This document shows, piece by piece, positions 1 to 8,854 of a DNA stretch of 64,000 nt. Location: the IMG/VR virus record IMGVR_UViG_2667527597_000005, positions 3,117-67,116 of that record; one strand, 5' to 3'. Made by a program: the position numbers and the translations under genes. This DNA comes from a virus (lineage: Duplodnaviria > Caudoviricetes). Each line of letters starts with the position of its first letter. The first letter of the stretch is position 1. The notes below the pieces were generated by a model, which searched no databases, was not told the origin of the DNA, and saw nothing but the letters and a program-made list of their open reading frames with translations.

Positions 1-320
1 GCAACGTCACCCAAACTAAGGTTTGCGAGAGTGGCAGTAACTGCTGCCGCCCCTGCAGTTTTAATTTCAGATAAGTTATTAACAGTCTTTAAAAAACCAC
101 CATCAGTAATTAATTTTGAAACTGCGGTCGCCACCTGATTAAAATCATCGCTGTCTGGCTCAATATTAGCTGCTGCTAATAAATTGATTAATTCACGCTG
201 AATGGTATTAAACCACTCTGCTGGCAATATCGTTGGTGGTACGCCACCAGCAACATTGCCGTCGGTAAATTCGCCATTACTGTCAGCACGCGTATTCGGT
301 ATATCGCCAATTTTTTGCAT
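1..320 (-). CDS. Prophage tail fibre protein, N-terminal part (runs off window)
   Basis: ATG at 320; reads MQKIGDIPNTRADSNGEFTDGNVAGGVPPTILPAEWFNTIQREL...LANLSLGDVA, paralogous to 50254..50973. Confidence 0.9.
   Translation of the reverse strand, partial: MQKIGDIPNTRADSNGEFTDGNVAGGVPPTILPAEWFNTIQRELINLLAAANIEPDSDDFNQVATAVSKLITDGGFLKTVNNLSEIKTAGAAAVTATLANLSLGDV
7..24. repeat. hix/gix-like invertase crossover site in prophage fibre gene
   Basis: TCACCCAAACTAAGGTTT matches the tailocin site TCGCCCAAACCAAGGTTT at 16/18, central AA retained. Confidence 0.7.
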
Positions 321-370
321 AAGAAACCCTCGCCAGTTAAGGCGCTTAAAAATGAATAGAGAGTGATTAA

Positions 371-967
371 CTAGCTGATGTAGCCAAATTTAAGAATGGT
401 ATGGGATGGATTTAATACTGTTAACCGACATTCTAGCTGTTTGTTTCCCCACGAACGCAGTGGATCACTGCAATAAGTCAAACCGCATTGGGCATAATTG
501 ATGGTGGTTTCTGGCGCGGTGATCAGCCAGGTAAACGGCCATTCCTCACCATTGATGGCATCACCACAAACCGACATCCCCGAACAAGCCTGTCGATATT
601 GAGTAATCGATATGGTGTAACCCAGCGCCTCAGCAACCCGAATAAAATAAGCCACTGACTGACCACCAATACCAAACAGTTTGGATATTACGGCCCGCTG
701 ACGCTGGATAATGCTATCAATCTCACCTATTGCGCATAAATCCGGTAACCCAAGCGTCGCCTCCCATTCAGGAAGCATGGCGGTAGCCGTTAAGGGAAAA
801 GCCGCATCGAGCAGATCACGGGCATCTTCATCACTGCGTTGATAGGATCTTGCCAGCGCCCGTAACGTGCTGGTTTGAACCCCGCCTGTTATCTTCGGCC
901 AAACTAAGCCTCCCGGCATCAGCGCTTGAAGAGCAGCAGTATAGTCATTAACAGAATATCGACTCAT
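371..967 (-). CDS. Baseplate wedge protein, YmfQ/DUF2313 (Mu gp48-like)
   Basis: LPEWEATLGLPD motif; position after baseplate J. Confidence 0.85.
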   Translation of the reverse strand: MSRYSVNDYTAALQALMPGGLVWPKITGGVQTSTLRALARSYQRSDEDARDLLDAAFPLTATAMLPEWEATLGLPDLCAIGEIDSIIQRQRAVISKLFGIGGQSVAYFIRVAEALGYTISITQYRQACSGMSVCGDAINGEEWPFTWLITAPETTINYAQCGLTYCSDPLRSWGNKQLECRLTVLNPSHTILKFGYIS

Positions 968-2100
968 AGGTAGGTCACCGTACCCCGGACAGGTAATTGA
1001 CCGGTTTCAAGCTGAATGTTCGTCGTTGGAGAATCGAGAATGAAACCGCTGGTCCCAGTAACGTCACCGATGGCCAGTAGCAGTGAAGACAGCAGAATTT
1101 TACCGCCCGGCTCGCCCTCAGTAAAAAACACCTCATCAATAGCTGTATTGATTGCCGTAGTGGTTTCGCTGGATGCAGTATGAATACCACTAATCACAAA
1201 GTTCACCGGTGCCGCTACCGGCGCACAAACGTAGATGATGGCAATAATGGGTTGTAAGGGGTAGATATGATCGGCAACCCGCCCCTGATCGCCAGTTGCT
1301 TTTACCGCACCCCATTCTTCAAGCTGAGAGACGCCATCAGTCCCGACCGGAAAGCCACCTGAATCATTGCCATCACACATGATATAAATACCGACCGTGC
1401 CCACCCCCTGTAAGCGGCGCTTTACCCAACAACGCGTTACACCCGGCACAGCCAAAGCCCAGCCGCGATAATCGGTATCGTTGCCGCCTTGGGGGGTATT
1501 TTGATAAGCCAGCAGCATACGAGAACGAAAAGCATCTTCTGATTCAATATCAGCGCCGCCAGAAATCTTAACTGTGGCGGTGGCCACCGACAGAACGCCA
1601 TCGATGGCCACATCCAATGTCAGCGACGTTCCTGCATCGGCATTCCCCGCAATACCACCGCCCGTGGTGTCATCCAATACGCTTGGTAGAACCGCCGTGA
1701 TTGAGCCAGTGCCTGTGCCGCCAGCGCCCAGCGTGACCTCATGATCGAGGCGATATTGATAACCATCGGCCCGATTTAACAGGCTCCCAGCGGCAATCAC
1801 ACGGCCTGTAGTGCCACTAAATTCGACGGTAGGACAGGTCGCGGGGTTGGCGGGCTTGCGAAACACATCTTTCAACGCGGCCCAGGCAGCAAGATATTCA
1901 TCGGTGGCATTATAAGGCGTGGATTGCAGCGCGATATAATCCAGATAGCCATAATGTAAATGCGCCATTCCGGCATCAGCATCACTGATCACACCGATAT
2001 TGGAGAAGCGTAATAAGTTACCGCCTGTCTTGAGTTCTGATTGAATATAAGACAGGTTGCGCTGGCGCAGTTCGCTTAATGTGGGGCGATTAAATGGCAT
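964..2100 (-). CDS. Baseplate J-like protein (Mu gp47)
   Basis: MPFNRPTL start, GGADIESEDAFRSR, PQGG..DY..WAL.VPGV motifs. Confidence 0.9.
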   Translation of the reverse strand: MPFNRPTLSELRQRNLSYIQSELKTGGNLLRFSNIGVISDADAGMAHLHYGYLDYIALQSTPYNATDEYLAAWAALKDVFRKPANPATCPTVEFSGTTGRVIAAGSLLNRADGYQYRLDHEVTLGAGGTGTGSITAVLPSVLDDTTGGGIAGNADAGTSLTLDVAIDGVLSVATATVKISGGADIESEDAFRSRMLLAYQNTPQGGNDTDYRGWALAVPGVTRCWVKRRLQGVGTVGIYIMCDGNDSGGFPVGTDGVSQLEEWGAVKATGDQGRVADHIYPLQPIIAIIYVCAPVAAPVNFVISGIHTASSETTTAINTAIDEVFFTEGEPGGKILLSSLLLAIGDVTGTSGFILDSPTTNIQLETGQLPVRGTVTYL

Positions 2101-2103
2101 GTA

Positions 2104-2541
2104 TTAGGTCTCCCATACCCATGAAAATTTAACTGAAACCTGCGCTTTTTCGGGTTGTTGATAGTTGATAATGAGATTGAGTCGGTTGGGATACACTATC
2201 TGAGCATTGGTGCTGATTGCCGTCACCACTCCATCATCAAATAACCAGGCCAAGGCTTCATTGGCATAGTCTTCAGCCTTTAACGCGACTTTAGTGGTGA
2301 GTTTTTCCCGACGAAGTAACCATAGGCGGGAGCCTATCTCATATTCTGCTCCGGTATCGGCCCACCACCCGCGCCGATCATCGCTATCGATACCATCATC
2401 TGTCCGGGCCAGCCGGTCAGTAAACAGGCTGATCAGAATGGCAGTCTCTAAATCATTTCCACCCAGCAGCCCACCGCCGCCGGTTTGCCAGTCGCCCAGC
2501 AATTTGTCCGGTTCCCAGAGTGTTTTGATATCTGTTGTCAT
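2104..2541 (-). CDS. Baseplate protein, Mu gp46 family
   Basis: ISLFTDR, RRGWWAD, GSRLWLL motifs. Confidence 0.9.
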   Translation of the reverse strand: MTTDIKTLWEPDKLLGDWQTGGGGLLGGNDLETAILISLFTDRLARTDDGIDSDDRRGWWADTGAEYEIGSRLWLLRREKLTTKVALKAEDYANEALAWLFDDGVVTAISTNAQIVYPNRLNLIINYQQPEKAQVSVKFSWVWET

Positions 2542-3134
2542 TTCACCACCTTACCCGTCACTTCACTGGTTAATGTCGCGCTACCGCCCTGCACATTTTT
2601 AAGCTGATGATTGTGGGCGTTATAGGCTTCACGCAGGGTTTTCAGTGTGGTGCTATTGCTGCCAGCGTTATCGACGATATCACCGCTGACCTCCAGCAAG
2701 GGCGTATTTAGCCGTACTTTTACCGCAGCGTTAACCGTCACCTCAGTGGCATTATTAACCGTGACCGGCTGGCTATTGGCTTCAATAATAATGCCTGCTT
2801 CGGTTAACTTGACGTATTGCCCCCACTGCGAATAGATCACCGTTTCACCCGAATTTAGCCCGACATGACGAGATGACTGATGATTGGAACCAATGATGAC
2901 TGCACTTGACCGGTCGCCGCCCAGAAAGCCAATCACCACATCGGTACCGGCGGGTAACCCGGACGAAAAGCCGAATTCGGCCAATCTCGGCGTATCATCA
3001 CGGACTTCAAGTGGGGTTTGGTATTGAACGGTTTGAACGGTGCCACCATCATTGCTGGCCGTAACCCGTCCTATCCCGAGTATCATTTTTATCTGGCGAT
3101 ATAGTTGGGATAGCTGCCCTGATCCGCTCATCAC
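2538..3134 (-). CDS. Baseplate spike (Mu gp45/gpV)
   Basis: FGFSS motif, C-terminal HNH metal-binding tip. Confidence 0.88.
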   Translation of the reverse strand: MMSGSGQLSQLYRQIKMILGIGRVTASNDGGTVQTVQYQTPLEVRDDTPRLAEFGFSSGLPAGTDVVIGFLGGDRSSAVIIGSNHQSSRHVGLNSGETVIYSQWGQYVKLTEAGIIIEANSQPVTVNNATEVTVNAAVKVRLNTPLLEVSGDIVDNAGSNSTTLKTLREAYNAHNHQLKNVQGGSATLTSEVTGKVVK

Positions 3135-4201
3135 TGATTCATCTCCATAAGATTGGAATAAAACTGATAAGGCTGAACGGTAAAGGCTTCAGGCGGCATC
3201 AGCACCATTTGCGCGGCGGTGCCGTGGTCGTCTTTGAGATAGGTCACCTCAGATAACAGCCAGAGTTCATCCTTTAAGCCAAAAACAGGTAAATCAATCG
3301 GGATCAACGTGTTCGGTTCCCACAGTTTCCCGTTTTTATCGCGCCAGCTATCGACCGTTACCAGTAGCTCTTTAGAGCGACCATAGCGGCGGTTCATTTC
3401 CCAGTCGATGCACTGCTGGGCCAGCTTTAGCGCTTTCATGGTGCTTTCAACAATGATAATGCGGTTGCGATAACGCATTTGGGTCGCTTCAGGATCGCGA
3501 CTGCGGGCTAACGTAACCGAACCATATCCTGCGTCCTGTACCTGCTCTTGAAGTTGGCTAACCGACATCGACACACCGATATAGTCCGAGAAGCGCTGAT
3601 CCATACCGGAGTTATACGCAGCGTCTTCAATATTGATGCCCTGCGCGACCCCGCTGGCCGCTTTGCGCGTCCCCACCCGAGTCAGATAGAGGCTCCCATC
3701 TGGCAGGTCGTAATACAGCAGCGCCGCCCAGCGGGTGATGCGGTCAATAATTTCCTGCGAGGATTCCCCCCAGTTCAATGTAAATTGGGGGACAATATCC
3801 AGATCGGTAACATCAGTCACCACCGTAATGTCGTAAGGCATCGCTAATCGTTGAGCTATTTGTAGCACTGTCGATTGGCTGATCACATTGTTTGGCCACT
3901 CGGCAGAGCAATCAACCAAGTCCTGGCACTTACTCCGTCCCGTAGCCCTGACTTCGCGGCGATTACGACTGATCATCGGTGCCCAGCGGTCGATATATCC
4001 GGTCAGCACCACATCATCACCTAAATTAACCACGCAAGGGTCGCCCGGATTCACCCACTGCTGGTTATCACTGCCCGGATAAAGATCCATCAAGGACAGA
4101 CTAAAATCGCTGGGTAAGCGCTCGATGCTGCGAGTGACACGGATATTGTCCCAGCCAGTAATCAGCTTATTACCAATCCGTAGCGTCAAATCATCACTCA
4201 T
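3131..4201 (-). CDS. Baseplate hub (Mu gp44/gpP)
   Basis: GRSKCQDLVDCS, LWEPNTL motifs; gene order. Confidence 0.88.
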   Translation of the reverse strand: MSDDLTLRIGNKLITGWDNIRVTRSIERLPSDFSLSLMDLYPGSDNQQWVNPGDPCVVNLGDDVVLTGYIDRWAPMISRNRREVRATGRSKCQDLVDCSAEWPNNVISQSTVLQIAQRLAMPYDITVVTDVTDLDIVPQFTLNWGESSQEIIDRITRWAALLYYDLPDGSLYLTRVGTRKAASGVAQGINIEDAAYNSGMDQRFSDYIGVSMSVSQLQEQVQDAGYGSVTLARSRDPEATQMRYRNRIIIVESTMKALKLAQQCIDWEMNRRYGRSKELLVTVDSWRDKNGKLWEPNTLIPIDLPVFGLKDELWLLSEVTYLKDDHGTAAQMVLMPPEAFTVQPYQFYSNLMEMNQ

Positions 4202-5604
4202 GAGTTCAGCGCCTTAAATCGAAGGGGCATAAATGCCGGATGGACTGGAGCCGCCATTTTCACCAGCGCATCACCGCGGCGGGCATCCTGATAAAGCCGG
4301 TTGGCAAGATTCAGTGCGGGTAATGATCGGTTAAAATTGACTATCTCTACACGAGACAGGTTCGCGCCAGTTTGCTGTAACAGCGTGACAATCGAGCCAC
4401 GTAGCTCCATTAATGCCTGGTATACCTCGTCATTGCCGCTATCAGCCGCAGCGAGTGCCGCGCCGTCTACCACATCACAAACCCGCGTCAATATATCGAC
4501 CGCATCGTCATAGCTTTCCGGTTGATATTGCGAAGCGGCGTACACCATCGCACCGGCACACAACACAATAATGAGTTGGTAGCTGGCGGCGGCAGTGCTG
4601 CTGTCGCCGGGATTGGGTCGAAAAGTGTCGTCATTGATTGCCGTTAACTCTTGCATCATGCGGATTAAATCAAGGGTGCTGGCTCCGCTGGCCAAGATGG
4701 CATTCACGACAGCAAGAACAGCGTTGGCATGTCCCTCTACCGTCGCAGCCTCTGTCAATGCATCGCTGGCAGCAACCAGTGAGGCTCGCCCCTCGACTGA
4801 AACAGCCATTTTTTGAGCCACCAGCGCGGACAGGTTCGTGGTGTCACTCTGCGTGCTGACTGATGCGGTAGCGCCTGACACACTGCCGCCGACGGTACCG
4901 TGGTTGTAGCGGCCATAGCGATCACGCCCAAGGGTTGAACGGAGCACATTGCCGAGATTTGTCGCTTCACTGGTGGTTGAGTTCACCATGTTGACCCAGA
5001 ATGCTGCGGTACTTTTTAGTGTTCTGATAGTTTGAGTGACGGAACGGATCTCACCTTTGACCGTAGCAATAAAGGTCGCAACGGATTTGGTGGCCAGACT
5101 AAACCATGAAGACTGAATCGACGAAACCGCATCTGCGGAACTGGTAATAGAAAATACCCGTAAGCCAGATTCAATGATGGTCAGTGTAAATTCAAAAACA
5201 CGCCCAGACTCGACCCCTTCATTCAGACGAAGACCACTTTCGGGAATACTTACCGTCATTTCGCCCAGTGTGGGATGTACTAATGTTCCCGCATCAGGCA
5301 TTTCACAGGCTGCGATCAGTGAGTCACGCTGGGTCATGACATCCGGCGCAGTATAAAGACCACTACTCTGAATAAGGAAACCACGGATGGTCAGGCGACG
5401 AGTGGCGCGGCCTAAATCTTCAATCCACGCCGTATCTCGATAGGGGTACTCATGAATAGCCTGGCGGCGACCGAAAACACCCTCAGCAGTCAATACAGCA
5501 AAAGGAACACCACGAAAAGAGGCGGGATGCAGGTGTTCAGACCATTGCCAACTATCACCACCAGAACCTAATAAATCAGAAAGTGCATTGCTGATCAGTG
5601 ACAT
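4198..5604 (-). CDS. DNA circularization N-terminal domain protein (Mu gp43/N-like)
   Basis: ASFRGVPF, HEYPYRD..EDLGR, LVHPTLG motifs. Confidence 0.9.
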   Translation of the reverse strand: MSLISNALSDLLGSGGDSWQWSEHLHPASFRGVPFAVLTAEGVFGRRQAIHEYPYRDTAWIEDLGRATRRLTIRGFLIQSSGLYTAPDVMTQRDSLIAACEMPDAGTLVHPTLGEMTVSIPESGLRLNEGVESGRVFEFTLTIIESGLRVFSITSSADAVSSIQSSWFSLATKSVATFIATVKGEIRSVTQTIRTLKSTAAFWVNMVNSTTSEATNLGNVLRSTLGRDRYGRYNHGTVGGSVSGATASVSTQSDTTNLSALVAQKMAVSVEGRASLVAASDALTEAATVEGHANAVLAVVNAILASGASTLDLIRMMQELTAINDDTFRPNPGDSSTAAASYQLIIVLCAGAMVYAASQYQPESYDDAVDILTRVCDVVDGAALAAADSGNDEVYQALMELRGSIVTLLQQTGANLSRVEIVNFNRSLPALNLANRLYQDARRGDALVKMAAPVHPAFMPLRFKALNS

Positions 5605-5624
5605 TTTGCCCCTCCAGAAATGAG

Positions 5625-5648
5625 AAAACCCGCACGATGGCGGGCTTA
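5625..5648 (-). terminator. Putative intrinsic terminator
   Basis: AAAACCCGC..GCGGGCTT stem with U-run on minus strand. Confidence 0.55.
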
Positions 5649-5745
5649 CAATAAGATGGCTACATTTTTGGGAATGCTGAACTGGAATTCAATAACCAGC
5701 TCACCATTAGGCCGAATTGACTATATTGATAAAGCGATTTTTAAT

Positions 5746-6195
5746 TTATTGATATTTGTAATAATCCCAATCAGCAAGTTCGCTTTTGGCTTCGACGTCA
5801 CCCAGTAATGATCTAAGAATTTTTATCTCAACGGTTCTCGATGATGCTTCACAATTAATCGGGGTATCGTGAACTTTCGATTTGAATCCATCGATAGAGT
5901 ACTTGCTAGACAGCCCTAAAATAAATGCCTTTTCATCTTTACCTACAGAGGTTCCTTTTTCATAAAATGTGATAGTGTTTTTTATTTTATCATCCAGATT
6001 ATGAAGTTCTAAAGCCATCGCCTCATCCCTATCTTCTCCATTAAGAACTCTTTTTAAGTAAGAGTTGCCGTAGTTGCAACCAAGCCCCCAAATACCGGCG
6101 GCGCTTCTCGCTGCCACTATATCAACAGGCTCTGCTAATAAGGGAAAAGACATAAACATAATTATTAGTAAAATATGCTTCACACGAATCTCCAA
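5746..6195 (-). CDS. AT-rich hypothetical exported protein (moron in tail operon)
   Basis: Signal-peptide-like N-terminus, two Cys; absent from the paralogous tailocin position. Confidence 0.65.
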   Translation of the reverse strand: MEIRVKHILLIIMFMSFPLLAEPVDIVAARSAAGIWGLGCNYGNSYLKRVLNGEDRDEAMALELHNLDDKIKNTITFYEKGTSVGKDEKAFILGLSSKYSIDGFKSKVHDTPINCEASSRTVEIKILRSLLGDVEAKSELADWDYYKYQ

Positions 6196-6258
6196 TCAGT
6201 AATTAACTAAGCTATTGAGAGTATATTTAGAACACGTCAGGCATTCAATTAAGTTGAG

Positions 6259-8046
6259 TTAACTTGGATAATTCATCGATGTTGATATTTTTGCCCCCTT
6301 TGGCGCAGTTATTTTCTGACGCTCCCCTGTTTTATCAGTGATCAACGTAATTTCAATTTCTGACTTATCGCCACCCATATCTTGGGTGATATCATTAATG
6401 TCTCTCCCACTTTGCTGGGATGAGTTAATGGATATTGGCGGTGATGCGTTGATATCAGAGGTGCCAGTATTTAACTCGCCAGATTGGGGATGAATGGCAG
6501 GTAAGCCCGGCATAATCTTCTGGAGATAGTTACGCGTTTCAGCAGGTGCTTGCCCTAGCCCATATTTTTTAACGTTATTCTGTCCCCAGTTATAAGAAGC
6601 AACGGCCTTATTGACATCCCCATCAAACATTTTAAGCAAGTCAGAAAGATACTTAGCTGCTGCTTCGCTGGATTTATTGAAGTCCATTCGGTCATCCATC
6701 GAGTTTAAGCCATAATCTCTACCGGTTGGCGGCATAAACTGAAATGGCCCCTGTGCGCCTTTTGGCGATAAGAGATTTTTACCCCGACCGGACTCCGCCT
6801 GATAGACACGATCAAGAATTGTGGTGGGAAGATTATACTGCGATTCTAATTGTTTTAGTCTCGCCTGCTGCTGATCTTCACCAAAAGGCATATAAGGCGT
6901 ATTGACTGGGGCTGCCAGATTTTGTTTTTCTTGCTCATCTCTAGGGCCATAATGTTGCTCATACTTTTTACGGTAACCATCAGTCATTATTCCGTAATCT
7001 GAGCCAACCTTATCCCATTCACTCAGTTTTTGATAAAATTCGGGGTCGTTATAACCACGGCGTAACTGATCCGCTTCTTTTCCCCTGTTTAGCCCTAAAA
7101 AGTGCGCAACTGAAATACTGTCAATACCGTTAGTGACGATATCAGTGACACCTTCTATTCCGTCTTTAACTGAACCATCTGACAAAATAGCACCGTAGAG
7201 CTTATTCTGACCACGCTGCTTTAACCCATCCCAGGCAGCACTCACCTCAGATAATTGGCGATCCAACTCGGTGAGTTGTGCGTTGGTTTGAGGGTCAACC
7301 GTTAAACCGAATTTATCCGCCTTTGCCAACAGATCTTTATATCTGGAGCCTTCGCGCATTAACGTAAGCAGGTTTTCATCCAAGCCTAATGCATCCGCCA
7401 ATGTTTTCTGAGTTTGTGGGGCAAGCTTAGGGAATATTTTGGCAACGTTGTCCAGCGTCTTATAGACATCAGCTGTGCCGTCTTTGAGACGTTCAATAAC
7501 CACCCCGTTCCGGGTCAGTAACTCCTGAACCACATCGTTACGTGCCCATAACGGATCATTAAATGTCTTGTATAGCCCTTCAACAGACTGGCGGGCAGAG
7601 TCGCTATCGGCCCCTAAAATCTGCATTGCGCCGCTGATCCGGCTAAAATTATCAACAGACATGCCAGCATTTTTTGCCGCCGTATCCAGTTGATAGGCGT
7701 TACCCGCAGCCTCGCCCAAGCCTTTAGCTAGCCCGTGGATAACATATCCACCCGCCGCCGCCATACCGCCAAACTTTAGTGCCTTACCGCCTAATTCCCC
7801 GACCATCTTCAGCGGCGGTACCAGATCACCGATAAACTGGACGCCTTCACGAGCAAACTGCCCCATTCCTTGCAGTTTATCGTTGATACTATCCAGACCT
7901 TCGACTGACTCTTGCCCACCAAGTTTTAAACCATCACGGGTTTTATCCAACTGGGGAACCAGTTTCTTTACCGCCTCGTCAATACGGTGAATAGTCGCCG
8001 TTACCTGATCGTTGGCCACCAGTTCAAAATCAAAAGCATTAGCCAT
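6259..8046 (-). CDS. Tape measure protein with lytic transglycosylase (SLT) domain
   Basis: AESG..SPKGAQGPFQFMP..ASYNWG motifs; follows tail chaperone. Confidence 0.88.
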   Translation of the reverse strand: MANAFDFELVANDQVTATIHRIDEAVKKLVPQLDKTRDGLKLGGQESVEGLDSINDKLQGMGQFAREGVQFIGDLVPPLKMVGELGGKALKFGGMAAAGGYVIHGLAKGLGEAAGNAYQLDTAAKNAGMSVDNFSRISGAMQILGADSDSARQSVEGLYKTFNDPLWARNDVVQELLTRNGVVIERLKDGTADVYKTLDNVAKIFPKLAPQTQKTLADALGLDENLLTLMREGSRYKDLLAKADKFGLTVDPQTNAQLTELDRQLSEVSAAWDGLKQRGQNKLYGAILSDGSVKDGIEGVTDIVTNGIDSISVAHFLGLNRGKEADQLRRGYNDPEFYQKLSEWDKVGSDYGIMTDGYRKKYEQHYGPRDEQEKQNLAAPVNTPYMPFGEDQQQARLKQLESQYNLPTTILDRVYQAESGRGKNLLSPKGAQGPFQFMPPTGRDYGLNSMDDRMDFNKSSEAAAKYLSDLLKMFDGDVNKAVASYNWGQNNVKKYGLGQAPAETRNYLQKIMPGLPAIHPQSGELNTGTSDINASPPISINSSQQSGRDINDITQDMGGDKSEIEITLITDKTGERQKITAPKGAKISTSMNYPS

Positions 8047-8163
8047 AACTACTCACCTTAATTTGATTGATCCGATTGGCCTGCTGATACCACCACTGCA
8101 ATCGGCTATAGGTCAGGAGCCAGGCATCCATTGGCCCCCACCCATAGTAATAGGTCACATCTG

Positions 8164-8466
8164 CTAGCTCGTTACCCCACTCTCCGGCTGCGGGGAGTAA
8201 GCTAAAAAACTCATCATGTAGACCTCGCAGACTTTATAGTCAGTAAAAGCCATTTTTTTGATGGCTTCCCGTGGCACATTCGACACCAGAGAAATAAGCA
8301 GTCCCATGCCACTAAGCGAACCGTTTTTAGTTTGCTCATCGTAGAATTGCTGCACTTGTAACAGCGTTGGTTCGCTCAGTTCGATGGCCTCATAGGTGGT
8401 TTTGGTGGCCTCATTCGAGATAGGTTTAACCAGTGAAATGGTTTTACTGCGTTCTAATTCAGACAT
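8164..8466 (-). CDS. Tail assembly chaperone (with -1 frameshift extension to 8039)
   Basis: Between tube and tape measure; T TTT TTA at 8203-8209. Confidence 0.85.
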   Translation of the reverse strand: MSELERSKTISLVKPISNEATKTTYEAIELSEPTLLQVQQFYDEQTKNGSLSGMGLLISLVSNVPREAIKKMAFTDYKVCEVYMMSFLAYSPQPESGVTS

Positions 8467-8467
8467 C

Positions 8468-8842
8468 TTAGTTCTCCGTCACCGATACCGTACCACCTTC
8501 CCAGCGTATATCAGCGGTCGCCTCGGTGCTGTCCACTTCCTGAGTATTGACCGACCACATGCTACTGCCGATAATCGTTTTGCCATTGGCTAACTCACAG
8601 ACAATATTGACGTTAGTCTGATCGTTAAAATCACTGATCGACGTGCCGCCACTGTCACGAATTTGGCAGGAGATAAAGGGGGCATTAAAGGTCTCTTTAT
8701 ACCCATGCACCCCATCCATGCCGATCAGCGTTTCCCGTTTGAATTTTGACGGGCTGTATTTGAATTGCCCCGCCACCATGATGGTTAGGCCGTCAACCGT
8801 GACATACGCTGTCCCGGCGAGGCGATTGGATGTATCACCCAT
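8468..8842 (-). CDS. Tail tube protein
   Basis: RETLIGMDGVHGYKE, ELANGK motifs. Confidence 0.9.
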   Translation of the reverse strand: MGDTSNRLAGTAYVTVDGLTIMVAGQFKYSPSKFKRETLIGMDGVHGYKETFNAPFISCQIRDSGGTSISDFNDQTNVNIVCELANGKTIIGSSMWSVNTQEVDSTEATADIRWEGGTVSVTEN

Positions 8843-8854
8843 GATAATGAATCC

